This document shows, one piece after another, positions 13,801 through 27,599 of a DNA stretch of 64,000 nt. The position numbers were made by a program, and so were the translations under genes. The stretch spans positions 415,834,001 through 415,898,000 of the forward strand of contig OZ024741.1 in assembly GCA_964016885.1 (NCBI GenBank), in the 5' to 3' direction. This DNA is from Eledone cirrhosa. Its lineage: Eukaryota. How positions within the stretch are numbered: position 1 is the stretch's first letter; each line of letters opens with the position of its first letter. Under the pieces are notes generated by a model, which made no database searches, was not told where the DNA came from, and saw only the letters and a list, made by a program, of their open reading frames with translations.

Positions 13801-16800
13801 GGGGTCTCTGTTATATTAGCTGGAGTCTCTGTTATATTAACTGGGGTATCTGTTATATTAACTGGGGCCTCTGTTATATTAACTGGGGCCTCTATTATAT
13901 TAACTGGAGTCTCTGTTATATTAACTGGGGTCACTGTTATATTAACTGGGGTCTCTTTTATATCAACTGGGGCCTCTATTATATTAACTGGGGCCTCTGT
14001 TATATTAACTGGGGTCTCTGTTATATTAACTGGGTTCTGTTATATTAACTGGGGCCTCTGTTATATTAACTGGGGCCTCTGTTATATTAACTGGGGCCTC
14101 TGTTATATTAACTGGGGTCTCTGTTATATTAACTGGGGTCTCTATTATATTAACTGGGGTCTCTGTTATATTAACTGGGGTCTCTGTTATATTAACTGGG
14201 GTCTCTGTTATATTAAATGGCGTCTCTGTTATAGTAACTCTGGCCTCTGTTATATTAACTGGGGTCTCTGTTATATTAACTGGGGTCTCTGTTATATTAA
14301 CTGGGGTATGTTATATTAACTGGGGCCTCTATTATATGAACTGGGGCCTCTATTATATTAAATGGGGCCTCTGTTATATTAACTGGGGTCTCTGTTATAT
14401 TAACTGGGGTCTCTGTTATATTAACTGGGTTCTCTATTATATTATCTGCGGTCTCTGTTATATTAACTGGGGTCTCTGTTATATTAACTGGGGTATGTTA
14501 TATTAACTGGGGTCTCTATTATATTAACTGGGGTCTCTGTTATATTAACTGGGGCCTCTGTTATATTAACTGGGGCCTCTGTTATATTAAGTGGGGTATG
14601 TTATATTAACTGGGGCCTCTGTTATATTAACTGGGGTCTCTGTTATATTAACTGGGGTATATTATATTAACTGGGTCCCCTGTTATATTAACAGGGGCCT
14701 CTATTATATTAACTGGGGTCTATGTTATATTAACTGGGGCCTCTATTATATTAACTGGGGTCTCTGTTATATTAACTGGGGTCTCTGTTATATTTACTGG
14801 GGTATGTTATATTAACTGGGGTCTCTGTTATATTAACTGGGGCCTCTGTTATATTAAGTGGAGTATGTTATATTAACTGGGGCCTCTGTTATATTAACTG
14901 GGGCCTCTGTTATATTAACTGGGGTCTCTGTTATATTTAGTGGGGTATGTGAAATTAACTGTGGCCTCTGTTATATTAACTGGGGCCTCTGTTATATTAA
15001 GTGAGGTATGTTATATTAACTGGGGTCTCTGTTATATTAACTGGGGCCTCTGTTATATTAACTGGGGTCTCTGTTATATTAACTGGGGCCTCAATTATAT
15101 TAACTGGGGCCTCTGTTATATTAACCTGGGTCTCTTTTATATTAACTGGGGCCTCTGTTATATTAAGTGGGGTATATTATATTAACTGGGGTCTCTGTTA
15201 TATTAAATGGCGTCTCTGTTATATTAACTGGGGTCTCTGTTATATTAACTGGGGTATGTTATATTAACTGGGGCCTCTGTTATATTAACTGGGGTCTCTG
15301 TTATATTAACTGGGGTCTCTGTTATATTAACTGGGTTCTTGGTTATATTACCTGGGGCCTCTATTATATTAACTGGGGTCTCTGTTATATTAACTGGGGC
15401 CTCTGTTATATTAACTGGGGTCTCTGTTATATTAACTGGGGTCTGTTATTAACTGGGGCCTCTATTATATTAACTGAGGTCTCTGTTATATTAACTGGGG
15501 TCTGTTATTAACTGGGGCCTCTATTATATTAACTGAGGTTTCTGTTATATTAACTGGGGTCTCTGTTATATTAACTGGGGCCTCTGTTATATTAACTGAG
15601 GTCTCTATTATATTAACTGGCGTCTCTGTTATATTAACTGGGGCCTCTATTATATTAACTGGTGTCGCTGTTATATTAACTGGGGTCTCTGTTATATTAA
15701 CTGGGGTCACTGTTATATTAAATGGGGCCTCTATTATATTAACTGGGGCCACTGTTATATTAACTGGGGTCTCTGTTATATTAACTGGGTTCAGTTATAT
15801 TAACTGGGGCCTCTGTTACGTTAACTGGGGCCTCTGTTATATTAACTGGGGTCTCTGTTATATTAACTGGGGTCTCTGTTATATTAACTGGGGTATGTTA
15901 TATTAACTGGGGCCTCTGTTATATTAACTGGGGCCTCTATTATAGTAACTGTGGTCTCTGTTATATTAACTGGGGTCTCTGTTATATTAACTGGGGTCTC
16001 TATTATATTAACTGGGGTCTCTGTTATATTAACAGAGGTCTCTGTTATATTAACTGGGGTCTCTGTTATATTAACTGGGGTCTCTATTATATTAAATGGA
16101 GTCTCTGTTTTTTTAACTGGGGCCTCTGTTATATTAACTGGGGTCTCTGTTATATTAACTGGGGTACGTTATATTAACTGTGACCTCTGTTATATTAACT
16201 GGGGCCTCTACTATATTAACTGGGGCCTCTGTTATATTAACTGGGGTCTCTGTTATATTAACTCGGGTCTCTGTTATATTAACTGGGGTCTCTGTTATAT
16301 TAACTGGGGTATGTTATATTAACTGGGGTCTCTGTTATATTAACTGGGGCCTCTGTTATATTAACTGGGGCCTCTATTGTATTAACTGGGGTCTCTGTTA
16401 TATTAACTGGAGTCTCTGTTATATTAACTGGTGTATCTGTTATATTAACTGGGGCCTCTGTTATATTAACTGGGGCCTCTATTATATTAACTGGGGTCTC
16501 TGTTATATTAACTGGGGTCTCTGTTATATTAACTGGGGTCTCTTTTATATCAACTGGGGCCTCTATTATATTAACTGTGGCCTCTGTTATATTAACTGGG
16601 GTCTCTGTTATATTAACTGGGTTCTGTTATATTAACTGCGGCCTCTGTTATATTAACTGGGGCCTCTGTTATATTAACTGGGGCCTCTGTTATATTAACT
16701 GGGGTCTCTGTTATATTAACTGGGGTCTCTGTTATATTAACTGGGGTCTCTGTTATATTAACTGGGGTCTCTGTTATATTAACAGAGGTCTCTGTTATAT

Positions 16801-19800
16801 TAACTGGGGTCTCTGTTATATTAACTGGGGTCTCTATTATATTAAATGGCGTCTCTGTTATTTTAACTGGGGCCTCTGTTATATTAACTGGGGTCTGTTA
16901 TATTAACTGGGGTCTGTTATATTAACTGGGGTCTGTTAATCTTAACTGGGGTCTCTGTTATATTAACTGGGGTCTGTTATTAACTGGGGCATCTATTATA
17001 TTAACTGGGGTCTCTGTTATATTAACTGAGGTCTCTGTTATATTAACCGGGGTCTCTGTTGTATTAACTGGGGCCTCTATTATATTAACTGGGGTTGCTG
17101 TTATATTAACTGGGGTCTCTGTTATATTAACTGGGGTCACTCTTATATTAAATGGAGTCTCTATTATATTAACTGGGGCCTCTGTTATATTAACTGGGGT
17201 CTCTGTTATATTAACTGAGGTCTCTGTTATATTAACTGGGGTATGTTATATTAACTGGGGTCTCTGTTATATTAACTGGGGCCTCTGATATATTAACTGG
17301 GGCCTCTGTTATATTAACTGGGGTCTCTGTTATATTAACTGAGGTCTCTGTTATATTACCTGGGGTTTCTGTTATATTAACTGGGGTCTCTGTTATATTA
17401 ACTGGGGCCTCTATAATATTCACTGGGGTCTCTGTTATATTAACTGGGGTCTCTGTTATATTAACTGGGGTCTCTGTTATATTAACTGGGGTATGTTATA
17501 TTAACTGGGGTCTATGTTATATTAACTGGGGCCTCTGTTATATTAACTGGGGTCTCTGTTATATTAAGTGATGTCTCTGTTATATTAACTGGGTTCTCTG
17601 TTATATTAACTGGTGTCTCTGTTATATTAACTGGGGACGCTGTTATATTAACTGGGGTCTCTGTTATATTTACTGGGGTCTCTGTTATATTAACTGGGGT
17701 CTCTGTTATATTAACTGGGGTCTGTTATCTTAACTGGGGTCTCTGTTATATTAACTGGGGTCTCTGTTATATTAACTGGGGTCTGTTATTAACTGGGGCC
17801 TCTATTATATTAACTGAGGTCTGTGTCATCTTAAATGGGGTCTCTGTTATATTAACTGGGGTCTGTTATGTTAACTGGGGTCTGTTATATTAACTGGGGC
17901 CTCTGTTATGTTAACTGGGGCCTCTATTATATTAACTGAGGTCTCTGTTATATTAACTGGGGTCTGTTATTAACTGGGGCCTCTATTATATTAACTGAGG
18001 TCTCTGTTATATTAACTGGGGTCTGTTATTAACTGGGGCCTCTATTATATTAACTGATGTCTCTGTTATATTAACTGGGGTCTGTTATTAACTGGGGCCT
18101 CTATTATATTAACTGAGGTCTCTGTTATATTAACTGGTGTCTGTTATTAACTGGGGCCTCTATTATATTAACTGAGGTTTCTGTTATATTAACTGGGCTC
18201 TGTTATTAACTGGGGCCTCTATTATATTAACTGGGGTCTCTGTTATATTAACTGGGGTCTCTGTTATATTAACTGGGGTCTGTTATATTAACTGGGGTCT
18301 CTGTTATATTAACTGGGGTCTGTTATCATAACTGGGGTCTCTGTTATATTAACTGGGGTCTCTGTTATATTAACTGGGAGCTCTGTTATAGTAAATGGCG
18401 TCTCTGTTATATTAACTGGGGTCTCTGTTATATTAACTGGGTCTCTGTTATATTAACTGGGGCCTCTGTTATATTAACTGAGGTCTCTATTATATTAACT
18501 GGGGTCTCTGTTATATTAACTGGGGCCTCTATTATATTAACTGGGGTCGCTGTTATATTAACTGGGGTCTCTGTTATATTAACTGGGGTCACTGGTATAT
18601 TAAATGGGGCCTCTATTATATTAACTGGGGCCACTGTTATATTAACTGGGGTCTCTGTTATATTAACTGGGGTCTCTGTTATATTAACTGGGGCCTCTGT
18701 TATATTAACTGGGGTCTCTGTTATATTAACTGGGGCCTCTATTATATTAACTGGGGCCTCTGTTATATTAACTGGGGTCTCTGTTATATTAAGTGGGGTA
18801 TGTTATATTAACTGGGGCCTCTGTTACATTAACTGGGGCCTCTGTTATATTAACTGGGGTCTCTGTTATATTAACTGGGGTCTCTGTTATATTAACTGGG
18901 GTATGTTATATTAACTGGGGCCTCTGTTATATTAACTGGGGCCTCTATTATAGTAACTGGGGCCTCTGTTATATTAACTAGGGTCTCCGTTATATTAACT
19001 GGGGTCTCTATTATATTAACTGGGGTCTCTGTTATATTAACTGAGGTCTCTGTTATATTTACTGGGGTCTCTGTTATATTAACTGGGGTCTCTATTATAT
19101 TAAATGGCGTCTCTGTTATTTTAACTGGGGCCTCTGTTATATTAACTGGGGTCTCTGTTATATTAACTGGGGTACGTTATATTAACTGTGGCCTCTGTTA
19201 TATTAACTGGGGCCTCTATTATATTAACTGGGGCCTCTGTTATATTAACTGGGTCTCTGTTATGTTAACTGGGGTCTCTGTTATATTAACTGGGGTCTCT
19301 GTTATATTAACTGGGGTATATTATATTAACTGGGGTCTCTGTTATATTAACTGGGGCCTCTGTTATATTAACTGGGGCCTCTATTGTATTAACTGGGGTC
19401 TCTGTTATATTAGCTGGAGTCTCTGTTATATTAACTGGGGTATCTGTTATATTAACTGGGGCCTCTGTTATATTAACTGGGGCCTCTATTATATTAACTT
19501 GGGTCTCTGTTATATTAACTGGGGTCTCTGTTATATTAACTGGGGTCTCTTTTATATCAACTGGGGCCTCTATTATATTAACTGGGGCCTCTGTTATATT
19601 AACTGGGGTCTCTGTTATATTAACTGGGTTCTGTTATATTAACTGGGGCCTCTGTTATATTAACTGGGGCCTCTGTTATATTAACTGGGGCCTCTGTTAT
19701 ATTAACTGGGGTCTCTGTTATATTAACTGGGGTCTCTATTATATTAACTGGGGTCTCTGTTATATTAGCTGGGGTCTCAGTTATATTAACTGGGGTCTCT

Positions 19801-22800
19801 GTTATATTAAATGGCGTCTCTGTTATATTAACTGTGGCCTCTGTTATATTAACTGGGGTCTCTGTTATATTAACTGGGGTCTCTGTTATATTAACTGGGG
19901 TATGTTATATTAACTGGGGCCTCTATTATATTAACTGGGGCCTCTATTATATTAACTGGGGCCTCTGTTATATTAACTGGTGTCTCTGTTATATTAACTG
20001 GGGTCTCTGTTATATTAACTGGGGACTCTATTATATTATCTGGGGTCTCTGTTATATTAACTGGGGTCTCTGTTATATTAACTGGGGTATGTTATGTTAA
20101 CTGGGGTCTATATTATATTAACTGGGGTCTCTGTTATATTAACTGGGGCCTCTGTTATATTAACTGGGGCCTCTGTTATATTAAGTGGGGTATGTTATAT
20201 TAACTGGGGCCTCTGTTATATTAACTGGGGTCTCTGTTATATTAACTGGGGTATGTTATATTAACTGGGGCCCCTGTTATATTAACAGGGGCCTCTATTA
20301 TATTAACTGGGGTCTATGTTATATTAACTGGGGCCTCTATTATATTAACTGGGGCTTCTATTATATTAACTGGGGTCTCTGTTATATTAACTGGGGCCTC
20401 TATTATAGTAACTGGGATCTCTGTTATATTAACTGGGGTCTCTGTTATATTAACTGGGGTATGTTATATTAACTGGGGTCTCTGTTATATTAACTGGGGC
20501 CTCTGTTATATTAAGTGGGGTATGTTATATTAACTGTGGCCTCTGTTATATTAACTGGGGCCTCTGTTATATTAAGTGGGGTATGTTATATTAACTGGGG
20601 TCTCTGTTATATTAACTGTGGCCTCTGTTATATTAACTGGGGCCCCTGTTATATTAAGTGAGGTATGTTATATTAACTGGGGTCTCTGTTATATTAACTG
20701 GGGCCTCTGTTATATTAACTGGGCTCTCTGTTATATTAACTGGGGCCTCAATTATATATACTGGGGCCTCTGTTATATTAACTGGGGTCTCTTTTATATT
20801 AACTGGGGCCTCTGTTATATTAAGTGGGGTATATTATATTAACTGGGGTATCTGTTATATTAAATGGCGTCTCTGTTATATTAACTGAGGCCTCTGTTAT
20901 ATTAAATGGGGTCTCTGTTATATTATCTGGGGTCTCTGTTATATTAACTGGGGTATGTTATATTAACTGGGGCCTCTGTTATATTAACTGGGGTCTCTGT
21001 TATATTAACTGGGGTCTCTGTTATATTAACTGGGTTCTTGGTTATATTACCTGGGGCCTCTATTATATTAACTGGGGTCTCTGTTATATTAACTGGGGCC
21101 TCTGTTATATTAACTGGGGTCTCTATTATATTAACTGGGGTCTGTTATTAACTGGGGCCTCTATTATATTACCTGAGGTCTCTGTTATATTAACTGGGGT
21201 CTGTTATTAACTGGGGCCTCTATTATATTAACTGAGGTCTCTGTTATTTTACTGGGGTCTGTTATTAACTGGGGCTTCTATTATATTAACTGAGGTTTTT
21301 GTTATATTAACTGGTGTCTGTTATTAACTGGGGCCTCTATTATATTAACTGGGGTCTCTGTTATATTAACTGGGGTCTCTGTTATATTAACTGGGGTCTG
21401 TTATATTAACTGGGGTCTCTGTTATATTAACTGGGGTCTCTGTTATATTAACTGGGGTCTGTTATCTTAACTGAGGTCTCTGTTATATTAACTGGGGTCT
21501 GTTATATTAACTGGGGTCTCTGTTATATTAACTGGGGTCTGTTATCTTAACTGAGGTCTCTGTTATATTAACTGGAGTCTGTTATATTAACTGGGGTCTC
21601 TGTTATATTAGCTGGGGTCTGTTATCTTAACTGAGGTCTCTGTTATATTAACTGGGGTCTGTTATATTAACTGGGGTCTCTGTTATATTAACTGGGGTCT
21701 CTGTTATATTAACTGGGGTCTGTTATCTTAACTGATGTCTCTGTTATATTAACTGGGGTCTGTTATATTAACTGGGGTCTCTGTTATATTAACTGGGGTC
21801 TCTGTTATATTAACTGGGGACTCTGTTATATTAACTGGCGCCTCTGTTATATTAACTGAGGTCTCTGTTATATTAACTGGGGTCTCTGTTATATTAACTG
21901 GGATCTCTGTTATATTAATTGGCGTCTCTGTTATATTAACAGGGGACTCTGTTATATTAACTGGGGCCTCTGTTATATTAACTGAGGTCTCTGTTATATT
22001 AACTGGGGTCTCTCTTATATTAACTGGGGCCTCTATTATATTAACTGGGTTCGCTGTTATATTAACTGGGGTCTCTGTTATATTTACTGGGGTCTCTGTT
22101 ATATTAAATGGGGCCTCTATTATATTAACTGGGGCCTCTGTTATATTAACTGGGGTCTCTGTTATATTAACTGGGGTCTCTATTATATTAACTAGGGCCT
22201 CTATTATATTATGGGGCCTCTGTTATATTAACTGGGGTCTCTGTTATATTAACTGGGTTCAGTTATATTAACTGGGTCCTCTGTTATATTAACTGGGGTC
22301 TCTGTTATATTAACTGGGGCCTGTGTTATATTAACTGGGGTCTCTGTTATATTAACTGGGGTCTCTGTTATATTAACTGGGGCCTCTATTATAGTAACTG
22401 GGGCCTCTGTTATATTAACTGGGATCTCTGTTATATTAACTGGGGTTTCTGTTATATTAACTGGGGTCTCTATTATATTAACTGGGGTCTCTGTTATATT
22501 AACAGGGGTCTCTGTTATATTAACTGGGGTCTCTGTTATATTAACTGGGGTCTCTGTTATATTAACTGGGGCCTCTGTTATATTAACTGGGGCCTCTGTT
22601 ATATTAAGTGGGGTATGTTATATTAACTGGGGCCTCTGTTATATTAACTGGGGTCTCTGTTATATTAACTGGGGTATGTTATATTAACTGGGGCCCCTGT
22701 TATATTAACATGGGCCTCTATTATATTAACAGGGGTCTCTGTTATATTAACTGGGGTCTCTCTTATATTAACTGGGGCCTCTATTATATTAACTGGGTTC

Positions 22801-25800
22801 GCTGTTATATTAACTGGGGTCTCTGTTATATTTACTGGGGTCTCTGTTATATTAAATGGGGCCTCTATTATATTAACTGGGGCCTCTGTTATATTAACTG
22901 GGGTCTCTGTTATATTAACTGGGGTCTCTATTATATTAACTAGGGCCTCTATTATATTATGGGGCCTCTGTTATATTAACTGGGGTCTCTGTTATATTAA
23001 CTGGGTTCAGTTATATTAACTGGGTCCTCTGTTATATTAACTGGGGTCTCTGTTATATTAACTGGGGCCTGTGTTATATTAACTGGGGTCTCTGTTATAT
23101 TAACTGGGGTCTCTGTTATATTAACTGGGGCCTCTATTATAGTAACTGGGGCCTCTGTTATATTAACTGGGATCTCTGTTATATTAACTGGGGTTTCTGT
23201 TATATTAACTGGGGTCTCTATTATATTAACTGGAGTCTCTGTTATATTAACTGGGGTCTCTGTTATATTAACTGGGGCCTCTGTTATATTAACTGGGGCC
23301 TCTGTTATATTAAGTGGGGTATGTTATATTAACTGGGGCCTCTGTTATATTAACTGGGGTCTCTGTTATATTAACTGGGGTATGTTATATTAACTGGGGC
23401 CCCTGTTATATTAACATGGGCCTCTATTATATTAACAGGGGTCTCTGTTATATTAACTGGGGCCTCTATTATATTAACTGGGGCTTAATTATATTAACTG
23501 GGGTCTCTGTTATATTAACTGGGGCCTCTATTATAGTAACTGGGGTCTCTGTTATATTAACTGGGGTCTCTGTTATATTAACTGGGGTATGTTATATTAA
23601 CTGGGGTCTCTGTTATATTAACTGGCGCCACTGTTATATTAAGTGGGGTATGCTATATTAACTGGGGCCTCTGTTATATTAACTGGGGCCTCTGTTATAT
23701 TAACTGGGGTCTCTGTTATATTAAGTGGGGTATGTTATATTAACTGGGGCCTCTGTTATATTAACTGGGGCCTCTGTTATATTAAGTGGGGTATGTTATA
23801 TTAACTGGGGTCTCTGTTATATTAACTGGGGCCTCTGTTATATTAAGTGGGGTATATTATATTAACTGGGGTCTCTGTTATATTAACTGGGGTCTGTTAT
23901 CTTAACTGAGGTCTCTGTTATATTAACTGGGGTCTGTTATATTAACTGGGGTCTCTGTTATATTAACTGGGGTCTCTGTTATATTAACTGGGATCTCCGT
24001 TATATTAATTGGCGTCTCTGTTATATTAACTGTGGTCTCTGTTATATTAACTGGGGCCTCTGTTATATTAACTGAGGTCTCTGTTATATTAACTGGGTTC
24101 TCTGTTATATTAACTGGGGCCTCTATTATATTAACTGGGTTCGCTGTTATATTAACTGGGGTCTCTGTTATATTAACTGGGGTCTCTGTTATATTAAATT
24201 GGGCCTCTATTATATTAACTGGGGCCTCTGTTATATTAACTGGGGTCTCTGTTATATTAACTGGGGTGCCCTGTTATATTAACTAGGGCCTCTATTATAT
24301 TATGGGGCCTCTGTTATATTAACTGGGGTCTCTGTTATATTAACTGGGTTCAGTTATATTAACTGGGGCCTCTGTTATATTAACTGGGGCCTCTGTTATA
24401 TTTAACTGAGGCCTCTGTTATATTAACTGGGGTCTCTGTTATATTAACTGGGGCCTCTATTATAGTAACTGGGGCCTCTGTTATATTAACTGGGGTCTCT
24501 GTTATATTAACTGGGGTCTCTGTTATTTTAACTGGGGTCTCTATTATATTAACTGGGGTCTCTGTTATATTAACAGGGGTCTCTGTTATATTAACTGGGG
24601 TCTCTGTTATATTAACTGGGGTCTCTATTATATTAAATGGCGTCTCTGTTATTTTAACTGGGGCCTCTGTTATATTAACTGGGGTCTCTGTTATATTAAC
24701 TGGGGTCTCTGTTATATTAACTGGGGTCTCTGTTATATTAACTGGGGTCTCTATTATATTATCTGGGGTCTCTGTTATATTAACTGGGGCCATTGTTATA
24801 TTAACTTGGGTATGTTATATTAACTGGGGTCTCTATTATATTAACTGGGGTGTCTGTTATATTAACTGGGGCCTCTGTTATATTAACTGGGGCCTCTGTT
24901 ATATTAAGTGGGGTATGTTATATTAACTGGGGCCTCTGTTATATTAACTGGGGTCTCTGTTATATTAACTGGGGTATGTTATATTAACTGGGGACCCTGT
25001 TAAATTAACAGGGGCCTCTATTATATTAACTGGGGTCTCTGTTATATTAACTGGGGTCTCTATTATATTAACTGGGGGTCTCTGTTATATTAACTGGGGT
25101 ATGTTATATTAACTAGGGTCTCTATTATATTAACTGGGGCTTCTATTATATTAACTGGGGTCTCTGTTATATTAACTGGGGTCTCTGTTATATTAACTGG
25201 GGCCTCTGTTATATTAAGTGGGGTATGTTATATTAACTGGGGCCTCTGTTATATTAACTGGGGTCTCTGTTATATTAACTGGGGTCTCTATTATATTAAC
25301 TGGGGCTTCTATTATATTAACTGGGGTCTCTGTTATATTAACTGGGGTCTCTGTTATATTAACTGGGGCCTCTGTTATATTAAGTGCGGTATGTTATATT
25401 AACTGGGGCCTCTGTTATATTAACTGGGGTCTCTGTTATATTAACTGGGGTCTCTGTTATATTAACTGGGGCCTCTGTTATATTAAGTGCGGTATGTTAT
25501 ATTAACTGGGGCCTCTGTTATATTAACTGGGGCCTCTGTTATATTAACTGGGGTCTGTTATATTAACTGGGGTCTCTGTTATATTAACTGGGGTCTGTTA
25601 TCTTAACTGGGGTCTCTGTTATATTAACTGGGGTCTCTTTTATATTAACTGGGGTCTGTTATTAACTGGGGCCTCTATTATATTAACTGAGGTCTCTTTT
25701 ATATTAACTGGGGCCTCTGTTATATTAACTGGGGCCTCTGTTATATTAACTGGGGTCTCTGTTATATTAACTGGGGTCTCTGTGATATTAACTGGGGTCT

Positions 25801-27599
25801 CTATTATATTATCTGGGGTCTCTGTTATATTAACTGGGGTCATTGTTATATTAACTTGGGTATGTTATATTAACTGGGGTCTCTATTATATTAATTGGGG
25901 TCTCTGTTATATTAACTGGGGCCTCTGTTATATTAAGTGGGGTATGTTATATTAACTGGGGCCTCTGTTATATTAACTGGGGTCTCTGTTATATTAACTG
26001 GGTTATGTTATATTAACTGGGGCCCATGTTAAATTAACAGGGGCCTCTATTATATTAACTGGGGTCTCTGTTATATTAACTGGGGTCTCTATTATATTAA
26101 TTGGGGTCTCTGTTATATTAACTGGGGTATGTTATATTAACTGGGGTCTCTGTTATATTAACTGGGGTCTCTATTATATTAACTGGGGCTTGTATTATAT
26201 TAACTGGGGTCTCTGTTATACTAACTGGGGTCTCTGTTATATTAACTGGGGCCTCTGTTATATTAAGTGGGGTATGTTATATTAACTGGGGCCTCTGTTA
26301 TATTAACTGGGGTCTCTGTTATATTAACTGGGGTCTCTGTTATATTAACTGGGGCCTCTGTTATATTAAGTGGGGTATGTTATATTAACTGGGGCCTCTG
26401 TTATATTAACTGGGGCCTCTGTTATATTAACTGGGGTCTCTGTTATATTAAGTGGGGTATGTTATATTAACTGGGGCCTCTGTTATATTAACTGGGGCCT
26501 CTGTTATATTAAGTGGGGTATGTTATATTAACTGGGGTCTCTGTTATATTAACTGGGGTCTCTGTTATATTAACTGGGGCCTCTGTTATATTAAGTGGGG
26601 TATGTTATATTAACTGGGGCCTCTGTTATATTAACTGGGGTCTCTGTTATATTAACTGGGGTCTCTATTATATTAACTGGGGCTCCTATTATATTAACTG
26701 GGGTCTCTGTTATATTAACTGGGGTCTCTGTTATATTAACTGGGGCCTCTGTTATATTAAGTGCGGTATGTTATATTAACTGGGGCCTCTGTTACATTAA
26801 CTGGGGTCTCTGTTATATTAACTGGGGTCTCTGTTATATTAACTGGGGTCTCTGTTATATTAAGTGGGGTCTGTTATCCTAACTGAGGTCTCTGTTATAT
26901 TAACTGGGGTCTGTTATATTAACTGGGGTCTCTGTTATATTAACTGGGGTCTGTTATCTTAACTGGGGTCTCTGTTATATTAACTGGGGTCTCTTTTATA
27001 TTAACTGGGGTCTGTTATTAACTGGGGCCTCTATTATATTAACTGAGGTCTCTTTTATATTAACTGGGGCCTCTGTTATATTAACTGGGCTCTCTGTTAT
27101 ATTAACTGGGGTCTCTGTTATATTAACTGGGGTCTCTGTGATATTAACTGGGGTCTCTATTATATTATCTGGGGTCTCTGTTATATTAACTGGGTTCATT
27201 GTTATATTAACTTGGGTATGTTATATTAACTGGGGTCTCTATTATATTAACTGGGGTCTCTGTTATATTAACTGGGGCCTCTGTTATATTAAGTGGGGTA
27301 TGTTATATTAACTGGGGCCTCTGTTATATTAACTGGGGTCTCTGTTATATTAACTGGGTTATGTTATATTAACTGGGGCCCCTGTTAAATTAACAGGGGC
27401 CTCTATTATATTAACTGGGGTCTCTGTTATATTAACTGGGGTCTCTATTATATTAACTGGGGTCTCTGTTATATTAACTGGGGTATGTTATATTAACTGG
27501 GGTCTCTGTTATATTAACTGGGGTCTCTATTATATTAACTAGGGCTTCTATTATATTAACTGGGGTCTCTGTTATATTAACTGGGGTCTCTGTTATATT

